A DNA stretch of 39,181 nt from Actinomycetota bacterium (GTDB taxonomy: Bacteria > Actinomycetota > Actinomycetes > Nanopelagicales > Nanopelagicaceae): positions 1 through 39,181 of the forward strand of contig JBEANK010000001.1 of assembly GCA_041165485.1 (NCBI GenBank). Direction: 5' to 3'. This document shows, piece by piece, positions 1 through 10,101 of this stretch (position 1 is its first letter; every line of letters begins with the position of its first letter). Below the pieces are notes generated by a model that was not told where the DNA came from, did no database searches, and was given only the letters and a program-made list of their open reading frames with translations. Made by a program: the position numbers and the translations under genes.

Positions 1-234
1 GATGATTGAAACCGCCTGATCAATCGCTTCGCTCGTAACCTTTCCTTCATCTCCTGGTGCAATTCGTGGTTGCAAGGTGACAGAGGTACCGCCGCGAAGA
101 TCAAGACCTAAGCGAACTGAGGTAGCTCCTTGGATGAAGACAAGGCTTGCCATAGCCACGAGGACAAGAGCGAGAATCGCCAATGTCCGTGCTGGGCGGG
201 AACTCGTCTTTACTGGCTTATTAGTTGTAGACAT
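1..234 (-). CDS. secD: Protein translocase subunit SecD, N-terminal 78 codons (continues beyond window start)
   Basis: Not in ORF track. Manual translation from ATG at 234 gives MSTTNKPVKTSSRPARTLAILALVLVAMASLVFIQGATSVRLGLDLRGGTSVTLQ..., a TM helix plus the SecD LGLDLxGG motif; lies downstream of ruvB as in other Actinobacteria. Confidence 0.95.
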   Translation of the reverse strand, partial: MSTTNKPVKTSSRPARTLAILALVLVAMASLVFIQGATSVRLGLDLRGGTSVTLQPRIAPGDEGKVTSEAIDQAVSII

Positions 235-245
235 AAGCGCAGAGT

Positions 246-1286
246 CTAGGCGTCAGATGCGGGTAAGTCGAAAAGCGAGGCAATTTCAACGGGTGGTGTT
301 CGTCCTATATGGCGCCATCCCTGCGCAGTAGCCACGCGACCACGAGGGGTACGAGCCATAAAGCCATTTCTGACGAGGAATGGCTCAGCTACCGATTCAA
401 CGGTCTCGACCTCCTCGCCCACTGCGATTGCCAGAGTTGAGAGACCTACGGGTCCCCCATTAAATCGTTCGATCAAGGCGACAAGTACCGCTCGATCAAG
501 GCGATCTAGACCCAACTCATCCACCTCATACATCTCTAAGGCAGCTTGTGCATCGGCCAAAGAAATTGTTGATCGAGCTTGAACTTGTGCGAAATCTCGA
601 ACACGTCGTAGTAATCGATTTGCAATTCGCGGCGTTCCTCGGGAACGTCCTGCCACTTCAACTACTGCATCCTTATCGATTGAAATCTTTAATAGCTCTG
701 AACTTCGAGTGATTACTTGTGCAATATCTTCTTCATTATAGAAATCCAGATGGGCAGTAAATCCAAAACGATCACGCAATGGACTAGGTAAAAGTCCGGC
801 TCGAGTTGTTGCGCCAACTAATGTGAAATGCGGAAGTTGCAGCGGAATGGCCGTTGCCCCCGGACCCTTTCCAACAATGACATCCACCCGAAAATCCTCC
901 ATCGCCAAATACAACAACTCTTCGGCAGGACGTGGCAATCGATGAATCTCATCTAAAAACAAAATCTCACCTTCTACTAATGAAGAGAGAATTGCCGCTA
1001 AATCTCCTGCATGTGTGATTGCAGGACCACTGGTAATTCGTATGGGCGCATTCATCTCGCCGGCAAGAATCAATGCAAGAGTTGTCTTACCTAATCCGGG
1101 CGGACCAGATAGCAAGATGTGATCAGCGGGAGTGTTGCGATGTCGTGCTGCTGTTAGAAGCACATCAATCTGCTCGCGTACCCGATGTTGCCCAACAAAA
1201 TCAGAGAGTGATTGCGGTCGCAATGCATGTTCTAGAGCGGACTCCTCATTTTTAATCTGCGGAGTAACTAAACGGTCGTCAGCCAC
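246..1286 (-). CDS. ruvB: Holliday junction branch migration helicase RuvB
   Basis: [12 protein letters not shown], Walker [10 protein letters not shown], Walker [28 protein letters not shown]. Probable start GTG at 1286 overlapping the ruvA end (ORF track extends to 1307). Confidence 0.98.
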   Translation of the reverse strand: MADDRLVTPQIKNEESALEHALRPQSLSDFVGQHRVREQIDVLLTAARHRNTPADHILLSGPPGLGKTTLALILAGEMNAPIRITSGPAITHAGDLAAILSSLVEGEILFLDEIHRLPRPAEELLYLAMEDFRVDVIVGKGPGATAIPLQLPHFTLVGATTRAGLLPSPLRDRFGFTAHLDFYNEEDIAQVITRSSELLKISIDKDAVVEVAGRSRGTPRIANRLLRRVRDFAQVQARSTISLADAQAALEMYEVDELGLDRLDRAVLVALIERFNGGPVGLSTLAIAVGEEVETVESVAEPFLVRNGFMARTPRGRVATAQGWRHIGRTPPVEIASLFDLPASDA

Positions 1287-1893
1287 GAGAACTCTTTCCG
1301 CTTGCAAGGGTGAGTTTCAATAACTCACTTAATTCGAGGGTTGAAGCATCCACGCCATCTGACTGAAGCGCTGCAACAACATTGGAGATCGCACCATCTG
1401 ATTCTTTCGGAGAAAAACCAAGTGTGACTAAAGCGCTTGATAACTGCTCTCTCCAAGCTGGTTGATGCCCCTTGTACAACTGCGCATGGGAAAGATCGCT
1501 CAACTTTCCTTTGAGTTCAAGGATCAAACGTTGAGCGCCTTTACGACCAATGCCCGGTACCTTTTCTATCGCTGCAATATCTTCCTGCGCAATGGCCCTG
1601 CCTAAATCTTCAGGGGTTAATGCTCCCAAAATAGATAGGGCAACCTTTGGACCAATACCAGAAACCGTTTGTACCAGCTCAAACAATGCTCTGGACTCTT
1701 CATTGACAAAGCCAAAGAGAGTCAAAGAGTCTTCTCGAACTACCAATGAGGTATATAACTGAATCTGCGAACCAAGATTTACTTGAGTAGTTGTTGAAGG
1801 TGTGACTAAGACAGTTAAGCCAAAACCTCCAACTTCAACAACCAATCGATCGCTTTGAATAGAACGAACATTTCCGCTGAGTAAAGAGATCAT
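1279..1893 (-). CDS. ruvA: Holliday junction branch migration protein RuvA
   Basis: MISLLSG..., VVRED, HhH motifs VSGIGPKVA and [14 protein letters not shown] at 1893 overlaps the ruvC stop (ATGA). Confidence 0.97.
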   Translation of the reverse strand: MISLLSGNVRSIQSDRLVVEVGGFGLTVLVTPSTTTQVNLGSQIQLYTSLVVREDSLTLFGFVNEESRALFELVQTVSGIGPKVALSILGALTPEDLGRAIAQEDIAAIEKVPGIGRKGAQRLILELKGKLSDLSHAQLYKGHQPAWREQLSSALVTLGFSPKESDGAISNVVAALQSDGVDASTLELSELLKLTLASGKSSRG

Positions 1894-2429
1894 CGAGATT
1901 TCAATTTCTTGATACGGGATTGTTCTGCCGCCGCGGCTTGTGCTAGTCGGGTTGTTCCCGCACCTCGCCAAATATGACAAATAGCTAGAGCTAAGGCATC
2001 AGTTGCATCAACTGGTTTAGGAATGCTGTCGAGATTCAAAATCTTTTGAACCATCTGGGCGACTTGTGCTTTGTTGGCGCGACCGCTTCCGGTTACGGAA
2101 GCCTTTACCTCAGATGGCGTGTGCATCATTACAGGGATGCCAGCTTTAGCAGCTAATAACAAGGCGATTCCTGCAGCTTGCCCTGTTCCCATAACTGTTC
2201 GAACATTGTGTTGAGAAAACACTCGTTCTACTGCGACCACATCTGGTTTCCAGACATTTATCCACTCAGATAACTGGTGGTCAAGATCTAATAACCGCTG
2301 CTCAAGTGGAGAATCAGTCGGAGTAAGAATCACTCCTACTTCAACTAGGGTAATTGGCGATCCCACGGAACCTTCGACAATGCCGACACCGCAACGAGTC
2401 AGGCCTGGGTCAACACCCAAAACTCTCAT
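1890..2429 (-). CDS. ruvC: Crossover junction endodeoxyribonuclease RuvC
   Basis: [50 protein letters not shown]; GAGGAG RBS upstream of ATG 2429. Confidence 0.98.
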   Translation of the reverse strand: MRVLGVDPGLTRCGVGIVEGSVGSPITLVEVGVILTPTDSPLEQRLLDLDHQLSEWINVWKPDVVAVERVFSQHNVRTVMGTGQAAGIALLLAAKAGIPVMMHTPSEVKASVTGSGRANKAQVAQMVQKILNLDSIPKPVDATDALALAICHIWRGAGTTRLAQAAAAEQSRIKKLKSR

Positions 2430-2489
2430 TGCGCTCCTCGTGCTTTCTCCATCTGACAAGGTTGAAGCCTAAGGTGATTAAAGTATGGC

Positions 2490-3242
2490 CTACTCGAGGC
2501 TCGCCATAACTTCATCAGAAACATCAAAGTTACTGTAAACATTTTGAACATCATCTAGCTCTTCAATCGCATCGATCAACTCGAAAACCTTCTTAGCTCC
2601 ATCGGCATCCAGGGGGATACTCATCGATGGAAGGAAGGAGGAATCAGCTGATTCGTAATCTATTCCAGCCGCCTGCAGGGCGGTGCGTACTGGAACAAGA
2701 TCCACCGGCTCACTCACAATTTCAAATGCTTCGCCGAGATCATTAACTTCTTCAGCTCCAGCCTCAAGGACCGCTTCGAGAATTGAATCCTCAGTTAACG
2801 TGCCGTCTTTTTTAACAATCACTACGCCTTTTCGATTGAAGAGATATGAAACTGATCCAAGATCAGCCATCGATCCGCCATTGCGAGTTACCGCGACCTT
2901 GACCTCTGAAGCAGAGCGGTTGCGATTATCTGATAAACACTCAATCATGATCGCGACTCCATTTGGACCGTAACCCTCGTACATGATTGTGATCCAGTCT
3001 TTTGCACCAGCTTCCAAGCCAGCTCCACGCTTAATAGCACGTTCGATGTTGTCAGATGGCATTGAGGATTTCTTAGCTTTTGCGACCGCATCAAAAAGAG
3101 TTGGGTTGCCATCCATATCGGCGCCACCATTTCGCGCTGCAACTTCAATTGCGCGAATCTGCTTTGCGAATACCTTTGCGCGACGACTATCGATAATCGC
3201 TTTCTTATGCTTAGTCGTAGCCCACTTGGAATGGCCTGACAT
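2490..3242 (-). CDS. yebC: YebC/PmpR family protein
   Basis: [15 protein letters not shown]-terminus, [23 protein letters not shown]; upstream of ruvC. Confidence 0.97.
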   Translation of the reverse strand: MSGHSKWATTKHKKAIIDSRRAKVFAKQIRAIEVAARNGGADMDGNPTLFDAVAKAKKSSMPSDNIERAIKRGAGLEAGAKDWITIMYEGYGPNGVAIMIECLSDNRNRSASEVKVAVTRNGGSMADLGSVSYLFNRKGVVIVKKDGTLTEDSILEAVLEAGAEEVNDLGEAFEIVSEPVDLVPVRTALQAAGIDYESADSSFLPSMSIPLDADGAKKVFELIDAIEELDDVQNVYSNFDVSDEVMASLE

Positions 3243-3282
3243 GGATTCACCTCACCTGGTTAATGTTCACCTGAATTGAGGA

Positions 3283-3879
3283 TTACTTTACCTTCTCTAG
3301 TGCAGGACGTGCCACATGCTCAATGAAGTAACGATGAATTCGATGATCCCCTGTTAGTTCAGGATGAAAAGAAGTTGCAAGGGCGGTTTGTGAACGTACC
3401 GCCACTGGGTGGGAGTCAACTGTGGCTAAGACCTGCACCGAACTGCCTAACTTTTCAACCCAGGGTGCACGGATGAAGACAGCTCGAATTAATTGATCTG
3501 ATCCATCTGCAAACTCAATATCTGATTCAAAAGAATCGACCTGACGCCCAAAAGCATTTCGTCGGACTGAAATATCCAAGCCACCGAAACTCTTTTGACC
3601 TATTTTTGCATCAAGAATTTCAGTGGCCAACAAAATCATCCCTGCACAGGATCCATAAACCGGCATTCCAGCTGCGATTCGTTGCTTTAATAAATCGTAG
3701 ATACCGAAAACTTCCGATAATTGGGCAATAGTTGTTGACTCTCCACCTGGCAGAACTAATGCATCGATGAATTTAATTTCGGATTCTCGACGAACTGGTA
3801 GAGCCTCTACTCCACACGCATGTAAAGCGCCGATGTGCTCGCGGACATCACCTTGTAGAGCTAAGACGCCAACCTTCAT
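3283..3879 (-). CDS. pdxT: Pyridoxal 5'-phosphate synthase glutaminase subunit
   Basis: [37 protein letters not shown] motifs. Confidence 0.97.
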   Translation of the reverse strand: MKVGVLALQGDVREHIGALHACGVEALPVRRESEIKFIDALVLPGGESTTIAQLSEVFGIYDLLKQRIAAGMPVYGSCAGMILLATEILDAKIGQKSFGGLDISVRRNAFGRQVDSFESDIEFADGSDQLIRAVFIRAPWVEKLGSSVQVLATVDSHPVAVRSQTALATSFHPELTGDHRIHRYFIEHVARPALEKVK

Positions 3880-3890
3880 TTAATCGGTAT

Positions 3891-4778
3891 TTACCAACCG
3901 CGTTCTGCAAGACGGTGAGGAGCTGGAAGATCCGCGACGTTAATGCCAACCATCGCCTCGCCTAGCCCACGAGAAGCATCAGCAATTACCTTTGGATCAT
4001 CCCAAAATGTAGTTGCCTTCACGCAAGCAGCGGCACGTTGTGCTGGGTTTCCAGATTTAAAGATTCCGGAACCGATAAATACACCGTCTGCACCCATGCT
4101 CATCATGAGCGCAGCATCTGCAGGCGTTGCAATTCCGCCGGCTGTAAACAGAACAACTGGCAGCTTGCCAGTTTGTGCAACCTCTTTTACTAATTCATAT
4201 GGAGCTTGTAACTCCTTCGCAGCAACATACAGTTCATCTTCACGAAGTGAAGAAAGGCGACGAATTTCGCCGCCGATCTTGCGCATGTGTTGCATTGCAT
4301 TTGAAACATCACCGGTTCCAGCTTCACCCTTTGAGCGAATCATTGCGGCACCTTCATTGATGCGGCGAAGCGCTTCTCCAAGATTGGTCGCACCACAAAC
4401 AAATGGGACAGTAAAATCAAACTTATCGATGTGGTTTTCATAATCTGCAGGAGTTAAAACCTCAGACTCGTCGATGTAATCAACACCGAGTGATTCCAAA
4501 ACGCGCGCTTCCACAAAGTGACCGATGCGAGCTTTAGCCATAACCGGAATTGAAACCGCTGCCTGAATCTTTTGAATCATGTCTGGATCGGACATACGAG
4601 CAACTCCGCCTTGTGCACGGATATCTGCAGGTACACGCTCTAGCGCCATAACCGCTACCGCACCAGCATCTTCGGCGATCTTGGCTTGTTCGGCGTTAAC
4701 GACATCCATGATGACGCCACCCTTGAGCATTTCCGCCATTCCGCGCTTAACGCGACCGGTGCCAGTTACTTCAGCCAT
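3891..4778 (-). CDS. pdxS: Pyridoxal 5'-phosphate synthase lyase subunit
   Basis: [49 protein letters not shown]-terminal ERGW. Confidence 0.98.
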   Translation of the reverse strand: MAEVTGTGRVKRGMAEMLKGGVIMDVVNAEQAKIAEDAGAVAVMALERVPADIRAQGGVARMSDPDMIQKIQAAVSIPVMAKARIGHFVEARVLESLGVDYIDESEVLTPADYENHIDKFDFTVPFVCGATNLGEALRRINEGAAMIRSKGEAGTGDVSNAMQHMRKIGGEIRRLSSLREDELYVAAKELQAPYELVKEVAQTGKLPVVLFTAGGIATPADAALMMSMGADGVFIGSGIFKSGNPAQRAAACVKATTFWDDPKVIADASRGLGEAMVGINVADLPAPHRLAERGW

Positions 4779-4818
4779 GATTTCTTACTCCGCTTCAATC
4801 GAAAGATAGAGGGCAATC

Positions 4819-5829
4819 CTACTTCGTCTTTTGAATTGCGCGCGACGTGAATTCAGGCTCACGGTCGGTCAGGGCGACCCAGACTTGGCCTGGTGCGAAG
4901 TTCATTGCGGTCCCATCAGGTAAAGTGAATGTTGTACCTGAATCAGCAAAAGCTCGATTCCAGGTAGTTGTGAAGAGTTCACCATTACGAAGCACATACG
5001 CGGTACCAGTACCGATGGTTTCAGACAATGGTGTGACTCCCCCGAATTTATCTCCATACTCTGATGGATAGATTTTGACCATTTGAATCACAAGTGTTGT
5101 AGGCCCCAAAACAACTCCGCTTTCGGCCAGATTCAATTTTCCGTTATGAGAGAGAAGCCAACGGGATTCACCATCTGACCATTCAGCCAAATATGTAGCA
5201 GCAGGCCAATTAATTACCACCTTTTGTATTGGGACCCCGCCTGCGGGATTATCGCCAAATGCAAACCCAACGCTCTTTGCCGATTCAACTCGCAAATTCT
5301 CGTCAGCGATTTTTTGCATCAACAAATCAGCTCGGAGCACCATCGCGTATGGCTGTACTCTGTTCGGATCGGTTGTATATATTTTTGAGCTCTCGTGTTG
5401 CGCTCCAAGATCTTCAAGATTGGCAGCGGAAATAACTGGAAGAAGTTTTCGTTGCGCACCACTGTAGGCAAATGCAACCCTTCCATATTGACTCATAATG
5501 TCGATGTCTGAAATTCTCGCGCTTCGCACCGGTCCAATTCTGACAGGAATTGTGGAAGAGAAAATTGCCGCTAGTCGCGTCAACCCACCTTCGACTTGTT
5601 CAATGTAAACAACATCGGCATCCTCCAACCCAATTTGAGGGTGGGCCATATTCGTATCATCAATCTTTACCGCGAGCACTTGGCCATCTACCCCTTCACG
5701 ACCACTCAAAACGCTCACAGCTTTATTCTCAGGAAGTATCTTTGTTATTGCAGCACAACTTGTTAAGAGCAGCGAGGAGGCGATGATGAGAAAAAAAGCT
5801 TTTTTAGAGAACATCTGCTTCAAACTCAT
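4819..5829 (-). CDS. DUF3048-family lipoprotein
   Basis: Lipobox LLTSC; AVKIDD..AHPQIGL..ADVVY...VEGGLTR and GPVRSAR motifs. True start may be the later Met (MFSKK). Confidence 0.8.
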   Translation of the reverse strand: MSLKQMFSKKAFFLIIASSLLLTSCAAITKILPENKAVSVLSGREGVDGQVLAVKIDDTNMAHPQIGLEDADVVYIEQVEGGLTRLAAIFSSTIPVRIGPVRSARISDIDIMSQYGRVAFAYSGAQRKLLPVISAANLEDLGAQHESSKIYTTDPNRVQPYAMVLRADLLMQKIADENLRVESAKSVGFAFGDNPAGGVPIQKVVINWPAATYLAEWSDGESRWLLSHNGKLNLAESGVVLGPTTLVIQMVKIYPSEYGDKFGGVTPLSETIGTGTAYVLRNGELFTTTWNRAFADSGTTFTLPDGTAMNFAPGQVWVALTDREPEFTSRAIQKTK

Positions 5830-6307
5830 GTGTAATTGGTAGCGGTGCGGTACCAGCTAAACGGAAAAGTCGAACTATAAATTTACGTCGAACCATTTGA
5901 GTTCGCGCAACAGCATCGGTGTGAATAGCGATAGCAACTCTAACCTTGTCGGTGAGTCCAGAAAGTTCGGTCAAGAGAGCGCTATCGGCTGCGGTTTCCA
6001 AATGCGCGGAATCTTCCAAAAGCAATCCAAGAGCCCCCGATAGTCCGCTTTCGGCCTGAGATCGATTTTGAATATCGGCATCACGGGCTTGGTATGCAGC
6101 GGCGGTAAGAAGAACAGAGCTTGCTGGATCTGCAATATCGCTATGTGCGATTTCCAAAGCTACCGCTGCTCTCTTTTGCAGCAACACATCTAAGTTTGCC
6201 CAACTTGTTTCGACACGATGATGGAGTCGATCAAGGCGGGTTGCTGTAAAGGTTAAATACCAGATGCTGATCAAAATAAAGATGATCGCTAAGAGCCATT
6301 GACTCAT
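5804..6307 (-). CDS. Membrane-anchored LemA-like helical protein (similar to N-terminal part of Rv2609c-type proteins)
   Basis: N-terminal TM, ATRLDRLHHRVE..W..LD..L.KRA, C-terminal RLFRLAGTAPLP; conserved position after pimA; ATG 6307 overlaps pimA stop. Confidence 0.7.
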   Translation of the reverse strand: MSQWLLAIIFILISIWYLTFTATRLDRLHHRVETSWANLDVLLQKRAAVALEIAHSDIADPASSVLLTAAAYQARDADIQNRSQAESGLSGALGLLLEDSAHLETAADSALLTELSGLTDKVRVAIAIHTDAVARTQMVRRKFIVRLFRLAGTAPLPITHEFEADVL

Positions 6308-7485
6308 GGCTTCTCCTCTTTGTTCAAGAATCTGTTCCAAGGTCGTGTATCTGAAGCTAAACGAACCTTCTCACTTCCAACAATCGACATTTCGTATACT
6401 GAATAAATCTGCTCAGCGACCGTTGTCCAATCAAAGAGTTGTGCGTGATTTTTTCCGCGATTAGCCAGCTCTTTTCGCTTACTTTCATCTCTCAAAAGTT
6501 CGATCACAACCTTTGCTAATTCAGTCGGGTTTTCAGATGCGAAAAGCGCACCGAACTCGCCATGACCTAATAGGTCATCAAAGGCCGGGATGTCACTTGC
6601 CACTACACAAGCACCACCAGCTAAAGCTTCGGCCAAGATAATTCCGAAGGATTCCCCACCTGTATTGGGGGCCACATACAAGGCAACCGAGGACATGAAA
6701 TCCGCCTTGTCCTCCTCCGAAATTTTGCCGAGAAATTCAAAGCGATGACGCAGTTGTGGATCAATACTTTTAATCACTTCATCCGGTTCCCCGGGTCCTG
6801 CAACAAAAACCTTTACATCGGGTGCGAAGCGAGAGATCACCGGTAACGCATCTACAAGGACACTTAGGCCTTTTCGTGGTTCTTCAAATCTTCCGATAAA
6901 TCCAATGGTGTTTCCGGACCACTTTTCTTGTAATTTTCCGTGGGCGTATCTTTTGGCATAAATACCATTGGGAATGATTATTGCATCGGTATCTAAGTGA
7001 TCTGTAAGAGTTAAGCGAGCAGCTTCTGAAACCGCTATTCGAGCTGACAATTTTTCGATCGCTGGTTCAAGGATTGGTCCAATCGCAAAGATAATCTTCT
7101 GGCGCTTTGCAGCTGCATGAAAGGTTCCGACCATCGGTCCATCTGCGGCCCAACAAGCAAGGAGTGAAATCGATGGAATAGCCGGTTCATGCAGGTGCAA
7201 AAGATCAAAATCTCCCTGCGAGATCCATTGACGTACCCGAGCAAAAGCAACTGGGCCAAAAAGAACACGAGCCACGGCTCCGTTATATGGGATAGAAATT
7301 GGTTTTCCGGCATTGACCACATAATCCGGCAATTTAGATTCATCTATTGCAGGTGCTAAAACTGAAACTTCATGACCTGCCTCAATCAGAAACTCTGCAA
7401 GATCACGAATATGATTTTGCACTCCACCGGGTGTATCCCAACTGTATGGACAGACAATTCCAATCTTCAAGCAACGAGTGAGCAT
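6304..7485 (-). CDS. pimA: Phosphatidylinositol alpha-mannosyltransferase (GT4)
   Basis: KIGIVCPYSWDTPGGVQ, HLHEP, EPRKG, GGESFGIILAEA; in pgsA-patA-pimA operon. Confidence 0.93.
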   Translation of the reverse strand: MLTRCLKIGIVCPYSWDTPGGVQNHIRDLAEFLIEAGHEVSVLAPAIDESKLPDYVVNAGKPISIPYNGAVARVLFGPVAFARVRQWISQGDFDLLHLHEPAIPSISLLACWAADGPMVGTFHAAAKRQKIIFAIGPILEPAIEKLSARIAVSEAARLTLTDHLDTDAIIIPNGIYAKRYAHGKLQEKWSGNTIGFIGRFEEPRKGLSVLVDALPVISRFAPDVKVFVAGPGEPDEVIKSIDPQLRHRFEFLGKISEEDKADFMSSVALYVAPNTGGESFGIILAEALAGGACVVASDIPAFDDLLGHGEFGALFASENPTELAKVVIELLRDESKRKELANRGKNHAQLFDWTTVAEQIYSVYEMSIVGSEKVRLASDTRPWNRFLNKEEKP

Positions 7486-8369
7486 TACTCACGCTCCTTG
7501 AAGTCGCCATCAACCCAGATTCTTTGCAACATGTGCCAATCTTGAGGAGTTTGGGCTATCCCTTCCTCAAAATGCTGAGCGGTCATTTGAACTATCTCTT
7601 GCACCTTTGCGCTTTCTTCACCGGCACTAGGCAGTACAACATTCTTGAAATCGATGTGAATGCCGTGATCGGTATATGAGACAAAGGCTGTAATAAGTGG
7701 TGCTTGCGTTTTGAGAGCTAAAAGTGCAGGACCCGCTGGCATTCGGGCGGTGCCATTAAAGAACGTAACATCTATACCTGAACGAGAAAGATCTCGGTCT
7801 GCAACAAGTGCAACCAAAGCCCCTTGTCGCAATCGTTGTGCCAATGTTCCTAGAACTCGTCCATCAAGCGGCAAAACCTCCATACCCATCGCTTGTCGAT
7901 AAGCGAGAAACTTGAGAAACAACTTCTCTGGCTTTAATCGCTCTGCGACGGTAACTAATGGAACTCCCTTTGCGCAGAAATATGCTCCAGCATGATCCCA
8001 GTTACCCGCATGAGGTAGAGCAACTATGACACCAGTCTTCGCAGCGACCGCATCTAGTAGTAAGTGCTCGTTCGTGACTGACACTGTTCCCGATACTCGA
8101 TCTGAAGACCAATCTGGAAACCTAAAGGTGTCAACCCAATATCGCATATACGACCGCATTGCCTCGATGACAAGTAAATCTAGATTGAGTTTGGTAATCG
8201 ATGGTTGAGTGCGTGCAAGATTAGATCGCAATCGTTGAACACTCTTTCCGTTTCGTTTTACTAAGATATCGGCAATGCGATATGCCAATCTGTAGGCGGT
8301 TTTCTCGGGAAGCCATCGCACAAGACGCCAGCCAGCAAAGTAAACGTAGGCGGAGAAACTATCTTTCAC
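7485..8369 (-). CDS. patA: Phosphatidylinositol mannoside acyltransferase
   Basis: ALPHAGNWD (HxxxxD), TVAERL, VADRDL, PQDWHMLQRIW; between pgsA and pimA. Confidence 0.92.
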   Translation of the reverse strand: MKDSFSAYVYFAGWRLVRWLPEKTAYRLAYRIADILVKRNGKSVQRLRSNLARTQPSITKLNLDLLVIEAMRSYMRYWVDTFRFPDWSSDRVSGTVSVTNEHLLLDAVAAKTGVIVALPHAGNWDHAGAYFCAKGVPLVTVAERLKPEKLFLKFLAYRQAMGMEVLPLDGRVLGTLAQRLRQGALVALVADRDLSRSGIDVTFFNGTARMPAGPALLALKTQAPLITAFVSYTDHGIHIDFKNVVLPSAGEESAKVQEIVQMTAQHFEEGIAQTPQDWHMLQRIWVDGDFKERE

Positions 8370-8370
8370 T

Positions 8371-8967
8371 CTAGATTGCTCGCTTTACAATTAGCATTCT
8401 TTGAACAACCGTGAATGTACCTAGTATGGCAAGAATCCACATTCCGATTGCAAGTGCATAAGGAAGGCCCAACCCATCAAAACCAATTGCTGCGAGGGAG
8501 ATGATTAGGCGTTCAGTACGTTCTGCGATTCCTCCAGAACATGCGATTCCAAAACTCTCAGCTTTAGCGCGAATGTATGGAACCAATAACCCTGTAACCA
8601 GAGTCGCCAAAACAACATAGGACAAATGATCATTTCGATTAATCAAAAAAATTGAAACACCCAGCAAGATGGATGAGTCGGTGATCCGATCTATCGTCGA
8701 ATCTAAGAACCCGCCCCACTTACTAGAACCTGCGCTGGATAATCTCGCCATAGTTCCGTCAAAAAGATCGCTCAACGCCAATATGCAGATTGCAACAGTT
8801 CCAATGAAAAAATCACCTCGTGGATAGAAGTACAACGCACAGCCGACAACACCTACCGCTCCCGACCAAGTAACCGCGTTAGGCGTTACCCCTCGACGCA
8901 GTGCAAAGGCTGCCACAGGGGTAATGACCCGAGTGACCGCTGGCTTCAAACGTGCGCTTAACATCAA
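8371..8967 (-). CDS. pgsA: Phosphatidylinositol phosphate synthase (CDP-alcohol phosphatidyltransferase)
   Basis: TPNAVT and DLFDGTMAR...GGFLDSTIDR motif, YIRAKAE, ERTER; start TTG 8967 or ATG 8964. Confidence 0.93.
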   Translation of the reverse strand: MMLSARLKPAVTRVITPVAAFALRRGVTPNAVTWSGAVGVVGCALYFYPRGDFFIGTVAICILALSDLFDGTMARLSSAGSSKWGGFLDSTIDRITDSSILLGVSIFLINRNDHLSYVVLATLVTGLLVPYIRAKAESFGIACSGGIAERTERLIISLAAIGFDGLGLPYALAIGMWILAILGTFTVVQRMLIVKRAI

Positions 8968-8988
8968 GGACCATCGTAGGCTGACCTA

Positions 8989-9570
8989 GTGCAAACACAA
9001 ATCACCAAGCGCATGATTCATGTCTACGGCCACGCTAGCGCTGAGCCTGAACTAGTAGCTAACACCTTTGGTGGTGTTTTTGCTCAAGAAGTTCACAGCG
9101 ATAGCGATTTGGCGATCTTCGCCATTAATCCATCTGCTGGAGTTGATCAAGCGACAATTGAATTATGGGCTGAACTTGATGAGTTTCAAATACCGCGTCT
9201 TGTTGTTGTAACACATTTGGAAAAACAAGAAGCAGATTTTGATGATGCGGTGATGATTGCTAATCGGGTTTTCTCGCCAATGGCTACCCCATTTTTGGTG
9301 TTGCATGATGAATCGGGTTTACCTATCGCGCTTATCTCGTTAGCGGATTTATCCATCCTTGATTATTCATCTACTCCTCCTACAACCCGATTGAGTGATC
9401 CAGAACATCAAACTCTGGTTCAGGAGTTCAGAGATGAATATCTAGAGTTAGTGCAGAGCTCTGGGGAACATGCATTTCCTGCCGGATTGCTTTTTCCAGC
9501 GATTCCCCTATGGATAGAAAAGGGAATCGGCGTAGACATCGTGAAACGGTACATCGAAGAACTTAACTAA
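8989..9570 (+). CDS. Hypothetical protein resembling a truncated, degenerate G domain of EF-G2 (FusA2)
   Basis: SDLAIFAINPSAGVDQATIELW...IPRLVVVTHLE...ADFD and FPAIP....GIGV resemble actinobacterial EF-G2. Divergent from pgsA, the EF-G2 position in Streptomyces. No intact P-loop or DTPG motif. Confidence 0.7.
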   Translation: MQTQITKRMIHVYGHASAEPELVANTFGGVFAQEVHSDSDLAIFAINPSAGVDQATIELWAELDEFQIPRLVVVTHLEKQEADFDDAVMIANRVFSPMATPFLVLHDESGLPIALISLADLSILDYSSTPPTTRLSDPEHQTLVQEFRDEYLELVQSSGEHAFPAGLLFPAIPLWIEKGIGVDIVKRYIEELN

Positions 9571-10098
9571 CTACCAAGCAGTTGCAATCTCATCTCGAGT
9601 CAAATGAAGCAACTGAGGTAACACTTTGGTCTTGCCAATTATTGGCATAAAATTTGCGTCTCCGCTCCAACGCGGAACAACATGCTGGTGAATATGCGCA
9701 GCTACTCCAGCACCTGAAATTGCACCTTGATTCATGCCGAGATTAAAACCTTCAGGGGCTGAAACCTTTCGAATAGTTTTCATTGCATGAGCAGTGAGCG
9801 CAGAAATTTCGTTACGTTCTGCCTCGGTTAAATCAGTTAAATCAGCAATATGTCTAAATGCGCATATCAAGAGATGTCCCGGGTTATAGGGGTACAAGTT
9901 CATAACTACGTAAGCGCTTACTCCTCTGTGAACGATCAACCCATCTTGATCATCCATCTTAGGGATCTCGCAAAACGGGCACGAAACATCATTGCCCTCT
10001 AGCGGCCGGTTTTCACCGCGCAGGTATTCCAGACGATGAGGTGCCCACAAACGTTGCCAGCCATCGGGCATCCCCGCACCATTTATTTCATGGTTCAC
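9571..10098 (-). CDS. HIT-family protein (Ap4A phosphorylase-like, Rv2613c type)
   Basis: RLWAPHR, CPFC, NLYPYNPGH, GFNLGMNQG, HIHQHVVPRWSGD; downstream of thrS. Confidence 0.92.
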   Translation of the reverse strand: MNHEINGAGMPDGWQRLWAPHRLEYLRGENRPLEGNDVSCPFCEIPKMDDQDGLIVHRGVSAYVVMNLYPYNPGHLLICAFRHIADLTDLTEAERNEISALTAHAMKTIRKVSAPEGFNLGMNQGAISGAGVAAHIHQHVVPRWSGDANFMPIIGKTKVLPQLLHLTRDEIATAW

Positions 10099-10101
10099 GG
10101 A

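Noticed and set aside
77-331. 84-aa plus-strand ORF
   Set aside because: Antisense shadow of secD and ruvB.
2437-2459. PafBC-type promoter before ruvC (TTGTCAG on the minus strand)
   Set aside because: The hexamer 10 nt downstream is CACGAG, not TANNNT; a plain TAGGCT at 2466-2471 is the better -10.
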